Below are positions 54,002-64,000 of a DNA stretch of 64,000 nucleotides, one piece after another (within the stretch, counting starts at the first letter, position 1; each line of letters begins with the position of its first letter). Origin of the DNA: Nitrosopumilaceae archaeon (GTDB lineage Archaea; Thermoproteota; Nitrososphaeria; Nitrososphaerales; Nitrosopumilaceae). A model generated the notes under the pieces. The model worked only from the letters and a program-made list of their open reading frames with translations, was not told the DNA's origin and ran no database searches. The stretch lies in assembly GCA_965200155.1 (NCBI GenBank), contig CBDATR010000034.1:160001-224000 (forward strand), given 5' to 3'. The position numbers and the translations under genes were made by a program.

Positions 54002-54886
54002 CTATATATTCTGGTGTACGGTCTCGCACCACTGCATAATGTCGTCTGGGTTTGGTGATGCCATGTCTGCCCCAAACCTGTTGCCATCTGTTTGGCTACA
54101 GAGCGCTAAACGAATCATGCCTCCGAACTTTGATTCTGCCTGGCGAACCGAGTCCGACAGAAACTTCAACTCCTCGCTGCCCCCGCCGAACACTGTTACG
54201 ACCATGATTCCAGGCGTTCCCCTCCAGATACGATTCATTATTTTTTGCAATTCTATATCAAAGAATACGTCAACGATGCCTGATATGTCCCCCAGGTCGC
54301 ATATGCGCCAGCCCTTGGCCGATAGTGCCGCCGATACTGCCTGGGAGTATATAACGTGGCTTGGCTGCGCGGTCATTATGATGCAGTTTTTTGTGCGGAG
54401 TGGTGCATGATTCAATGTCATTCCCTGTAGTGACTTTACTATGATGTCCCAGTACATTCTAAGCTCGGTGTCTCCTATCTTGCCCTCTTGGTGCATGTTG
54501 TTGGCGGACTGTATGGCAGGTAATACTACCTCGGAGATTAGCGTGAATGGCTTGGCTCCTGACTGGATGCAGTTCTGAATTACTGTGCGGGCGCCCGTGC
54601 CGTCTCCTGCGGTAATCATTTCTTGGTATCGGGGGGCCACCTTGAAGTAGTCCTGGGGAAACTCGTATCCCGTTGTGGCGCGTGTAATGCTCCATATGTT
54701 GACGTTTCCTGCGCGCCAACCTTGCACTATGCCGCGCATTTCAAAGTAGCCCAGATACTTTGATAGTGTGATTCTGCTCATGCCCATCCTGGATGCCAGC
54801 TCTGATCCTGACATACCCGATTCTGACTCTCCCAGGATTTTTACCAGGCGCCGGAGTATCTCTGTCTGGTCGTATCCGCGCGCCAT
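54002..54886 (-). CDS. HTH transcriptional regulator with corrinoid-binding-like C-terminal domains
   Basis: N-terminal winged HTH; helical cap plus Rossmann-like tail. Confidence 0.7.
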   Translation of the reverse strand: MARGYDQTEILRRLVKILGESESGMSGSELASRMGMSRITLSKYLGYFEMRGIVQGWRAGNVNIWSITRATTGYEFPQDYFKVAPRYQEMITAGDGTGARTVIQNCIQSGAKPFTLISEVVLPAIQSANNMHQEGKIGDTELRMYWDIIVKSLQGMTLNHAPLRTKNCIIMTAQPSHVIYSQAVSAALSAKGWRICDLGDISGIVDVFFDIELQKIMNRIWRGTPGIMVVTVFGGGSEELKFLSDSVRQAESKFGGMIRLALCSQTDGNRFGADMASPNPDDIMQWCETVHQNI

Positions 54887-55267
54887 TGTGGTATGATATG
54901 GGATAGTGACGCCTAAAAAACGGCGCCCTATGGATTCTTGTTCATATGTCTAAATTTACAGACGATGATTATCACTGCCCTCACGTGTCATCAGTCACTA
55001 AAGATGTGAAATGATTATTCCGGATAATAACACTACAAAAAGTGATGTTATTTCTCCCTGTGTATGAATAATTCGCATATCTCTCATTATATTTCAATAA
55101 AAACATGCAAAACTGAGCGAGCAAGTGTGTGGGGTGACATACTGTTGCTAGTAACCATAATTTCAAAAATAAAAACACTAAAATAAAAATTAATTATTAT
55201 CTTTTTTAAATACGACTTTTCTAATTTTGCTATAATAAAATGAAAAACAAAAAAGAATTACAAATCT

Positions 55268-55421
55268 GTATGAGTTCACGTGTTTTGATCATTCACTAAG
55301 ATATAGATTGGCATGACAATATTTGTATGAGTTCACGCCTTCCGGAATCGTGCACAAATCACATTAACTGGTAACCGGTTCTATCAGTTGTGCGTAAATT
55401 TAGACACAGGTGAACTCATAC
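55268..55421. mobile_element. IS66-A left end (55268-55324) abutting MITE-A (55325-55421)
   Basis: TIR sequences; GGTAACCGGTTCT variant. Confidence 0.8.
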
Positions 55422-55539
55422 TACGTTAGTGCTGGCAGATGTTATTCACATTGTTCATGCTTGACTGATTGTGTGCCATAAAATACACCCCAGTTTGAAG
55501 CAACATGGGATGTTACTGTCAATCATGCGCATAAGGTCT

Positions 55540-56558
55540 AGTAGTTCAGATTGCACAAGCCAGATGGTAAAGAGAATAACAGAGGAATCAAGACAAAAGA
55601 GGCGTTGCCACAACCAACATAGCTCAAGACCTGAAACAAGACACGTACGAAGATTGTGAACCAGAGGACGGGAACGACTCGAGTAAAGATGGGCAGGCCC
55701 ATGATGCCAACCACCGACACCCAGATACGAATGGTAACTGAAGCATATCACAAGGATCCCGCCGGAGTAGTACGTATTGCAAAGAGGCTTAGACATACAT
55801 ATCGCGCAGTATATAGCATAATGAAAAAGAACGGCACGACAGTCTCATCACCTGCAAAGTCAGAGTGGGTACGCTATGAGCGTAAATATTCCAATGCAAT
55901 GTGGCACTGGCGTGTCATGAAAGATGAGCGCTTCAGGGGACTGAATCTCATAGATGATGCATCTAGGCGCATAGTCGGGGCAGCACTATTCTAGCATACA
56001 ACCTCAGAGAACGCCGCTCTTACTGAGACTGGCAATGAAACGATTCGGCGCCCCTGCATCTCGGATAACGGCGCGGTATGAGTTCACCTGTGTCTAAATT
56101 TACGCACAACTGATCGCGACAGTTAAAGAACCGGTTCTTTTGTGCACAAGATTCCGGAAGACGTGAACTCATACACGGCGCGTGTTTCGTATGACAATAA
56201 AAGAGCAAGAAAAGCTGGAAACCCACACTATTCTAGGAAGAACTGCTGGATCAAGACATCATACTAATCAATTCCAGACCATACCACCCGCAGACAAATG
56301 GCAAACTGGAGCGCTTCCATGGAATGATTGAGGACGAGGGGACTCTTATTTAAGAGTCCAACGAGATATGGTATTATGACAGTCTCCGGGATTATGTAGA
56401 CTACTACAATGAGAGAAGGTTGCACTTCTCACTGGATATAGATAACGGCGAAACACCACTCCAGGAATAAAAAGGCGACCCAGACAATTAGGGCAAATGA
56501 TGCAAAATGGATGGAGCGAGATACCAATGACTAGCGTACCGACTTTTCATACATTGCA
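55540..56558 (+). mobile_element. IS481-like copy F (5'-truncated) with MITE-A at 56076-56174
   Basis: Family homology; MITE TSD ACGGCGCG. Confidence 0.88.
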
Positions 56559-56692
56559 TACGTGTCCACCTAAACTGTTACATCCGGTCCTGTATTCACC
56601 AAAAAGAAAGAATGCCAGAAATTGCCATTATGACAAAACCTGGTTTTGGCACAGATGAACTGCTTATATGATAGTTTGGGGTTAACATTATA

Positions 56693-57955
56693 ATGAAATA
56701 TTATGCATCATTTGCACTCATGGCGCTAACTGTGGTGGCAGTTCCCGCCATGGCAGATGATGGAATGTCATATTATATAATCACTACCACGTGTGCCATA
56801 TACTCTGATCTTGACGACATAATGGATACCAGCCTTACCAGTCAGTACTGCGATATAAGTATAGAGTATGTTGTTAATCCGTCCATTACAGTGAATGTGG
56901 ATTTGCCTTCGGGCTCGCTATTTCCTGTTTGTGTAGATACGGATACATGCTTTGTGCCAAGCACGAGGGTGATCGAACCTGGGATAGAGGTAGTCTGGAT
57001 AAACAACGACAACGTATTGCACTCGGTAACTAGTACTGATCCCGACTCAGACGTGGTATTTGATGAATTACTAAATCCAGGCGAGAGTTTTGGCTTACAG
57101 TTTGACACCTTGGGCACATACTCATACACTTGTACCTTACACCCTTGGGCACACGCTGATATCGTAGTGGTCGAGGATATACTTCGTGCACCTCTCTCAT
57201 CGGCCACGCATGACGTACTGAGATCCGATGACACCAAAATAGCTGTGGGTCAGATAATCGAGTTGTACAGTGAATATGGTGAGAGCGCCTTTGATATAGT
57301 CACTGCCATGTCGCCTGAATCAATCAATGATATAGCAATCACCATCTCTAACATAGACGACTTTGTAATTGTGGCCTCCAATTTTGCTCCCGAGAGTATC
57401 GGCTACTCGTTTGATCCAATTCTGGATGCCGCATCTTTGCCCGCGGATGTGTATATTGACGCAATTGAGGAGCATGATGGTCTCTGGTTTACCCTACCCC
57501 TCTCAATAACTGATGATACTATGGGCGAATATCGCCGTAGCTGGTCGCAGGTATCTGGTAACTATATCTTTACTGGCAGCGCTATTGATATTGATAACCT
57601 GTGGGTACAGCATGTAGTTGAGAATGCAATTCTCGTATACCACCTAGATGGTAGTAACTCAGACTTTGACCGGATAAATACACTGATGAGCCAGGATCCT
57701 ACCTATCCCTTCGTGCTTGATACTGCAACCCGGACCGTAGTGGCGCATGGCTCAAACCCATCTCTAGTGGGTGAACCATCAATAGTATTCAGCGACTCTA
57801 CTGTAACCATCGAGGAGTTCGAAAATCTGGAAGATGGTGCGGGTATTTGGGCTGAGTACACGTTCCCGAATCCCTCTACTGGAGAAGATGCCCTAAAGCG
57901 TTCTTGGCTGGTTAAGGAGAGTGGATACATATTCGGTTCCGGCTACTTTCCATAG
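56693..57955 (+). CDS. Secreted cupredoxin + Cache-like domain protein
   Basis: Signal peptide; NNDNVLHSVT...CTLHPW; YPFVLD...VAHG...WAEY...FGSGYFP. Confidence 0.75.
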   Translation: MKYYASFALMALTVVAVPAMADDGMSYYIITTTCAIYSDLDDIMDTSLTSQYCDISIEYVVNPSITVNVDLPSGSLFPVCVDTDTCFVPSTRVIEPGIEVVWINNDNVLHSVTSTDPDSDVVFDELLNPGESFGLQFDTLGTYSYTCTLHPWAHADIVVVEDILRAPLSSATHDVLRSDDTKIAVGQIIELYSEYGESAFDIVTAMSPESINDIAITISNIDDFVIVASNFAPESIGYSFDPILDAASLPADVYIDAIEEHDGLWFTLPLSITDDTMGEYRRSWSQVSGNYIFTGSAIDIDNLWVQHVVENAILVYHLDGSNSDFDRINTLMSQDPTYPFVLDTATRTVVAHGSNPSLVGEPSIVFSDSTVTIEEFENLEDGAGIWAEYTFPNPSTGEDALKRSWLVKESGYIFGSGYFP

Positions 57956-58276
57956 TGGCTGCTAGACTCTGTACTCATTTTTGGGAATAACTCACATGTC
58001 TGCACTTATTGCACAACAGATTGGGATGTGGCTAAAGACGTGAATTCATGAGTCGTAACAGTTTGGCTCGTGCGACTCTAAACCCGGAGAGTGTATATTA
58101 TAACGAACGCCATAATTCTTTGGCATGCAAGACGAGGATTGTATGTGACAAATGTGGGATTTGTTACCTAGAGACTTATGGTGGCCGCTATAGGTTGGGA
58201 CAACCCGTGTTTACATTAATTACAGTGTGATTTGCTCACGAGATTCCGGAACTCGTACAAGTTAGGGACTGGTCTG

Positions 58277-58565
58277 GTAACCGTTTGGGTCGCTCCGAAT
58301 TGCTTTCATGACACAATTCGGTAACCACAAGCCCGAAGCGGTAGGTGATAAACCCCGCTAGCCCTAACGTATGTTGTGTTCGCAAATGTCGCGCAGTCAG
58401 ATAGCAAGATTTAGTCCCTGCCTTGGTGGCATATTAGGAAAAATACTTGGGTGACCTAAACGATTACTAACATATCCATTCCTACTTTTTCAATCATGAT
58501 ATCTCACATATGCCCATGAATTCGCCATCTAGATGTATGATCTTTAACGTGACCTAAACGGTTAC
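58277..58565. mobile_element. Compound MITE-B
   Basis: GTAACCGTTT...AAACGGTTAC; 9-bp TSD ACTGGTCTG; internal second end at about 58467. Confidence 0.85.
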
Positions 58566-58616
58566 ACTGGTCTGTGCCATCAAAACCATATATCCCCATT
58601 TCGTCATTATTATGAT

Positions 58617-60254
58617 ATGATCGGCAAGGGACTAGGCATAGTCGTGAACCGCCTGACTGTGGGTTTCGTATTCGCCTTTATCTATCAGGCAATAACCGGT
58701 GTTGTAACATCTATACTGTCTATACCCCTTACCGGTACCGTTAATGATCTCATACTGGGCATAGAGAATCCTGATGCCAGCCTGCTGGCTATTGCATGGT
58801 GGATTATATCCACCATAATGTTCCCGCTTATAGCTGTGCAGCTTATGCGCATTCGCCGGTATATCTCGCCATACAAAAAGGAGAATATGGATGCGCCTCC
58901 CAATGTTACCATAGTAAGCCTGGTGATACTGGGGGCCATGATGTCCATTACGTTCTATCTGATGGACTTGGTGGTAGGCTCCAGTAGCGTAGCCAACGTA
59001 TCCATGATATACCAGGCTGCGGCGATGGGTGACTTTGTACCACTTACCATAAGTATAGTGTTCTCCATAGTGGCAGGGTTTGTAGTGGTGGGCGTCATGG
59101 GACGCGCAAAAAAGGTCAGGGAGCTGACCCGGGGTGTGGGCTCAGTAGATCGCCTACGAAGGAAATTGGCTCGGGATGAATCCGGAACCAAGACCATAGC
59201 TGGCACTAGGGGCATGGCACCGGGAACTGCGATATTTGTCGGAACCCGCAAGGTGGAGAAAGCTTGGTTCTCTACTATGCGCTATAACGAGGCCAGTTTA
59301 CAAGAAGTAAGCAAGACCCATGACATATCTACCTGTCTTGAGCCCACCACTACCGGCGTAAACTGGATTAACATGACCGGTATACACGACAAGGAATCCA
59401 TAATAGAACTGGGCAGGCGCTTTGGTCTTCATGAGCTGCGTATATCTGATATACTGAACACGGATATGCGTCCGAAGACCGATGTAGACAAGAATAACAT
59501 ATTCGTTGCCCTAAAGATGCCTCATTATGATGCCACGACCTCCTCCAGTGAAAAGGTCGACGTAATGGTGGAGCATATCAGTGTCGTACTGGGACCGGAC
59601 TATGTACTCTCGTTCCAGGAGACTGAAGAGGATGTATTTGATAAGGTGCGGGAGAACATACGGAAATTCAAGGGCCAGTTCCGTACCATGGGCAGTGATT
59701 ATCTGGCCTATGCGTTAATTGATGCCATTGTGGACACGGTATTTGTTATACTGGAAGATTTGGGTGACAAGACCGAAGACATTGAAGATAATTTGATAGA
59801 TAATCCCAACCAGAAAACCCTGGAGGCCATTTACGACCTAAAAAGGGAGATGGTAATGCTCAGACGCATAATATCACCCATGCGAGAGGTCATAAATGCC
59901 CTGGACAGAACCAACTCACCACTCATACATGACAACACCAAAAAGTACCTGCAGGATGCCTATAATCACGCGGTCCAGACCATGGAGGTACTGGAGTCAT
60001 TGCGTGATACCGTCGCTGGCATGCTGGATACATATCTGTCCATAGTAAGTAACAAGACCAACGACGTCATGAAGACGCTGACTATTATAGCCAGCATATT
60101 CATCCCTACCACATTTGTAGCTGGCGTATATGGTACGAACTTTGCACATATCCCCGAACTGGACTGGGAGTATGGTTACTTTGTCATGCTGGGCATAATG
60201 GCAACAATATCCGGGTTTATGCTGGTGTGGTTCAGAAAGAAATCATGGTTATAA
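58617..60254 (+). CDS. corA: CorA transporter with extra N-terminal multi-TM domain
   Basis: GMAPGT leader, FQE, YGTNF..IPEL; about 4 hydrophobic segments in the first 160 aa. Confidence 0.88.
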   Translation: MIGKGLGIVVNRLTVGFVFAFIYQAITGVVTSILSIPLTGTVNDLILGIENPDASLLAIAWWIISTIMFPLIAVQLMRIRRYISPYKKENMDAPPNVTIVSLVILGAMMSITFYLMDLVVGSSSVANVSMIYQAAAMGDFVPLTISIVFSIVAGFVVVGVMGRAKKVRELTRGVGSVDRLRRKLARDESGTKTIAGTRGMAPGTAIFVGTRKVEKAWFSTMRYNEASLQEVSKTHDISTCLEPTTTGVNWINMTGIHDKESIIELGRRFGLHELRISDILNTDMRPKTDVDKNNIFVALKMPHYDATTSSSEKVDVMVEHISVVLGPDYVLSFQETEEDVFDKVRENIRKFKGQFRTMGSDYLAYALIDAIVDTVFVILEDLGDKTEDIEDNLIDNPNQKTLEAIYDLKREMVMLRRIISPMREVINALDRTNSPLIHDNTKKYLQDAYNHAVQTMEVLESLRDTVAGMLDTYLSIVSNKTNDVMKTLTIIASIFIPTTFVAGVYGTNFAHIPELDWEYGYFVMLGIMATISGFMLVWFRKKSWL

Positions 60255-61048
60255 TACTACAAAAGATACATGATGTACTAGATGCCGATGGGACCCACGC
60301 CTCTACGCATTGCTTTCAGGTTTTTCTGGCAACACTGATTATACTTAATGTAGTATTTACGATACTGGATACAGAACAGTCTGTCCATGAGACATACGGG
60401 CCATTCTTGGCACTTTTCAAGAGTATGTCTTTGGGCATATTTACCGTAGAGTATGCTTTACGCCTAATATCATACAGGAAACGGGGTGATACCCGGCGGT
60501 TTGCCTTGGCCAGACTAGTAGTGTCTCCGCTCATGTTGGTGGATTTAATTGTAATACTGCCAATCTTTGTACCACTGTTTGTATCTGCCTCTGATTCAGA
60601 TGTAGCACTTATTCATATACTGCGCTCCTTGCGCCTCTTTAGCATATTCAAGCTGGCAAGAATATCTCGGTCCATGAGGGATATGGGACTGGTAATGAGA
60701 AAGAGCGCCCCGGATCTGGGATTAGCATACTTTATCCTGTTTATCGTGCTGATACTGGCGTCCAGTATGATGTACTATGCAGAGCGGGAGGCGCAGCCAC
60801 AAATCTTCTCCAGCATACCGGCCTCCATGTGGTGGGGTGTTGTGACCCTGACTACCGTGGGATATGGGGACACGTACCCCATTACGGTACTGGGCAGGAG
60901 CATAGCGGCGGTAATAGCCCTGCTGGGAATAGCCATATACGCACTGCCTACGGGAATTGTGGCTTCTGCATTTGTGTCGTATCGCCGGTCCAATACAAAG
61001 AAGGACAAGAATAACTACTGCAAACATTGCGGGAAGCGGCTGGACTAG
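60245..61048 (+). CDS. 6-TM voltage-gated-type potassium channel
   Basis: TTVGYGD filter; S4-like LRSLRLFSIFKLAR; C-terminal CxxC. Confidence 0.92.
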   Translation: MVIILQKIHDVLDADGTHASTHCFQVFLATLIILNVVFTILDTEQSVHETYGPFLALFKSMSLGIFTVEYALRLISYRKRGDTRRFALARLVVSPLMLVDLIVILPIFVPLFVSASDSDVALIHILRSLRLFSIFKLARISRSMRDMGLVMRKSAPDLGLAYFILFIVLILASSMMYYAEREAQPQIFSSIPASMWWGVVTLTTVGYGDTYPITVLGRSIAAVIALLGIAIYALPTGIVASAFVSYRRSNTKKDKNNYCKHCGKRLD

Positions 61049-61158
61049 TGGCTTGTGCGGACGCAACTCGAATCCCATGCATAAGGATAGGCGACTACTG
61101 GGAGTTGTATGAGTGTGCCTGTGTCTAAATTTGTGTATGATGGATTTCGTACTATTGA

Positions 61159-61794
61159 TTCAATTTTTGAGCCTGCATGTCAATTACTGTCTCCAGATTC
61201 CTGATCCACTCAGTCTGTATCTGGTTGAACGTCTGGTACTCGCCATTGATCCTGACTAGTATGCGCCCATGAGATTTGCGTACTTGTCAGTGTAAGAGTT
61301 TGCCATCCGGGATCTTTACAACAAATTAGTATTCATGCTTGCGGTCGAACCGTTCCTTTGCGCACGCTAAACGTTTTAGTTCCTTGTACTGCTCTATGGC
61401 GATTGCCTCCAGCTCCCTGATCCGTGCATCCAGTACCCGGCTGATCGCAGCACGCTCCTCATTACTCTTGGTCAGTATGAGTTCACCTGTGTCTAAATTT
61501 ACGCACAACTGATGGAACAGGTTGTTCTAGTTAATGTGATTTGTACATAAGATTCCGGAAGACGTGAACTCATACCTTGGTCAGTCTATTGATCTCATCC
61601 ATGAGTCAGGCATTCCTGTCACGTAACATCTTGGCTTCCGGTCTTCCATCTGGCGTGTATTGACGTAACCAGGATATGTGGTTGACGTAAAGCTGACCCT
61701 TCACGTGACCTAAACGGTTACTTCACCGTCCATTGATTAATGCCATTATGGCATGTTATATATGGCTGACCCTTCACGTGACCTAAACGGTTAC
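61159..61794 (-). mobile_element. IS66 family B 5' fragment with MITE-A (61475-61575) and a duplicated end
   Basis: Near-identical to about 32720-33182; MITE TSD CTTGGTCA; ends at 61721 and 61794. Confidence 0.85.
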
Positions 61795-62439
61795 TTCACC
61801 TCCGGACAACTGTCCAAAATACACGGCCAACATGTCTGTTCTTGCCTTTTCTATCATGTTGCCTCACATATGCCCATGAATTTACCATCTAGGTGTTGAT
61901 CTTTAACTCGACCTATGGTTACTGGGCGCTCACTAATAGTCTAGTTTACGTATAAGGGATGCAACATCAATTGGGATTGAATCTATGGAAGATCCAGGTA
62001 CAATGCTCAGTCTTAAACATGCACATGATGCAGAACATGTTTGATGGTTTAAGTAATACCTCTAGAATATAATGGAGTCAATGAGGATACCGCATGAACT
62101 TTCTGAGGATATGCAGCTATAGTGATAGAAACATCCGGAATTGAATTGGTCCCAGGATGACGAATTGAGCAATGATACGGTATGTCCTATGCAAACATGT
62201 ATTGTAATATGCCAATTTACAAAGTTCTAGACAAGAAATGAGCAAAGAGTGGAAACCTATTTGACAGCTACTGGGAAAAATCGTCTCTATAGACTAGTGT
62301 ATTTGAGCATGAACTAACATCCCGGTGTAAAATACTACCAACAACACTCCAGATAGGTATACGCTCACGTATTCCTCACACCGTGCCCAGAAAGCGTTTG
62401 TCTCAGCGATAGTATACATGACTATGGGCCTAGGTGAAC

Positions 62440-62913
62440 TTATCCACCATGTCTCCTCACGTCGGCCACCACATGTGGCACAAAGACTCTCTCTTCACAC
62501 GTAACATCAAAACATTCCGGCCCTATTCTCTCTACTATGCTCTTGAATGTACCCACCTCTGATACATCCTGTAGCGGAACCACTATGGTACCACCATCGT
62601 TAGCGGATATGGGCCTGTGCATGTTCCCTATTACGTGGCCCATCAATCCCCACATCTGCGGTGTAACATCAGATATAGCCCGTATTACACCAACCAGCTC
62701 CGGCACCTGCTCTATCATCATGTAATGGCCATCCCCACTTAGTACATCCCCATGATGCAGTATGGTCCCCCGTGGTAATGCTATCCCGACGTCAACACCA
62801 CTCTTGGTGCGAACTCGGAGGCGACTCTTTTGTATGTCAGGGCGCCTCAATGGTATGATATCAAGTCCATGAGTATCTTTCCCGTACTCTATCCTGTCCA
62901 AGACTATTACCAT
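62440..62913 (-). CDS. ureE: Urease accessory protein UreE
   Basis: KSRLRV...G..L.HGDVL; GHVIGNMHRP. Confidence 0.88.
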   Translation of the reverse strand: MVIVLDRIEYGKDTHGLDIIPLRRPDIQKSRLRVRTKSGVDVGIALPRGTILHHGDVLSGDGHYMMIEQVPELVGVIRAISDVTPQMWGLMGHVIGNMHRPISANDGGTIVVPLQDVSEVGTFKSIVERIGPECFDVTCEERVFVPHVVADVRRHGG

Positions 62914-63054
62914 TGCTTACAATATTCTATCACATGTATAATAGAAGTTCCATATGGTACACAAAACCCATGTATGGTTCTCACAGGATACTATTACCAT
63001 TCCTAATACCATGATACAACGATAAATACCACGCTACACTACAACACCCATACC

Positions 63055-63357
63055 ATGATGCTCACTCCCCGGGAAGTTGACAAGCTGCAGATATTTGTCG
63101 CGGCGCAGCTTGCACGGAGGAGGCAGGAGCGGGGACTAAAACTGAATCACCCGGAGGCGGTCGCCATTATATCGGATCACATTCTGGAGGGGGCAAGAGA
63201 TGGCCGTTCTGTGGCGGAGCTGGCCAGTTCCGGCCGTAACATACTAACCAGTAATGATGTCCTGCCGGGAGTATCATCACTAATACATTCAGTCCAGGTA
63301 GAGGCTACATTCGAGGACGGTACAAAACTGGTAACCGTCCATGAGCCCATACGGTGA
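63055..63357 (+). CDS. ureA: Urease gamma subunit
   Basis: [32 protein letters not shown]. Confidence 0.97.
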   Translation: MMLTPREVDKLQIFVAAQLARRRQERGLKLNHPEAVAIISDHILEGARDGRSVAELASSGRNILTSNDVLPGVSSLIHSVQVEATFEDGTKLVTVHEPIR

Positions 63358-63364
63358 TTACCCC

Positions 63365-63727
63365 ATGGAGCCGGGCGAGTATCTCATACAGGAAGGCGAC
63401 ATATCCATCAATGCTGGCCGCCAAACCAAAATCATTCCAGTCAGTAATACCGGAGACCGGCCCATACAGGTGGGTAGCCATGCTCATTTCTTTGAGGCGA
63501 ACAGGGCGCTCTCCTTTCCCAGGATTGAGGCTTACGGTTACCACCTGAACATACCCGCGGGTACATCCATACGCTTTGAGCCAGGTGACACCAGATCAGT
63601 GGAGTTGGTAGAATATGGTGGGAAGGGAATAATCTATGGCTTCGGGGGGCTGGTGCAGGGTCCGCTAAACGAGAGAATCAATCAGGCCACAGAGAAGGCC
63701 CGGAGGCGGGGGTACACGGGAATATGA
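63365..63727 (+). CDS. ureB: Urease beta subunit
   Basis: [31 protein letters not shown]. Confidence 0.97.
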   Translation: MEPGEYLIQEGDISINAGRQTKIIPVSNTGDRPIQVGSHAHFFEANRALSFPRIEAYGYHLNIPAGTSIRFEPGDTRSVELVEYGGKGIIYGFGGLVQGPLNERINQATEKARRRGYTGI

Positions 63728-64000
63728 CTTTATCAATATCCCGAAAATCATACGCTCAGTTATACGGGCCTACCACCGGCGACAGGGTCCGGCTGGCAGA
63801 CACCGACCTAATACTACAGATAGAGAAGGATCTCCTACGACACGGTGATGAGGCGGTCTTTGGTGGGGGCAAGACCATCCGTGACGGCATGGCCCAGAGT
63901 AGCGGGTGCCACCGGGACGGATCCCTGGACTTGGTGATAACCAATGCCATAGTAATGGACCCCATTCTTGGAATAGTAAAGGCCGACATTGGCGTCAAGG
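63724..64000 (+). CDS. ureC: Urease alpha subunit (runs off the window)
   Basis: [35 protein letters not shown]. Confidence 0.96.
   Translation, partial: MTLSISRKSYAQLYGPTTGDRVRLADTDLILQIEKDLLRHGDEAVFGGGKTIRDGMAQSSGCHRDGSLDLVITNAIVMDPILGIVKADIGVK

Noticed and set aside
58030-58192. Possible IS630 transposase C-terminal remnant before a TA-flanked terminus
   Set aside because: Only a weak LNPE resemblance, too decayed to call.
791-61575. GTATGAGTTCAC repeats as CRISPR repeats or an ncRNA family
   Set aside because: They are dispersed, have TIRs and 8-bp TSDs, and share ends with an IS66-like element, so they are MITEs.

Overview
A 64-kb window from an ammonia-oxidising archaeon of the Nitrososphaerota/Nitrosopumilaceae type. 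It carries AOA-type nirK, urease, archaeal EF-2, L15e/S24e/S27ae, Alba and an intron-containing tRNA. Intact housekeeping blocks (fusA; mre11-rad50; hemA/dys; aspS; ilvBH-leuAB; ureE/ureABC; 3 tRNAs) alternate with a very heavy load of decayed, nested mobile DNA: six dead IS481-like copies, two IS66-like families with their MITEs (about 18 near-complete copies of a 92-101 bp MITE), IS3, IS5 and TIR-bounded tnpB elements. This load suggests a host-associated lineage (inference). Five observations stand out. (1) A 1629-aa Rad50 whose two coiled-coil arms each carry 7 near-identical tandem units plus a partial 8th (156 nt and 195 nt), one array on each side of the zinc hook. (2) A candidate Leu/Val leader-peptide attenuator in front of the ilv-leu operon. 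(3) Recurrent 11-16 bp quasi-palindromic (A/G)GAAC(C/A)GGTT scars that replace about 5-6 bp of unrelated targets. (4) Swapped target-site duplications showing that the nirK-serA segment was inverted between two IS481 copies. (5) tnpB inside a TA-flanked terminal-inverted-repeat element. Coordinates were read by eye and may be off by a few bases.
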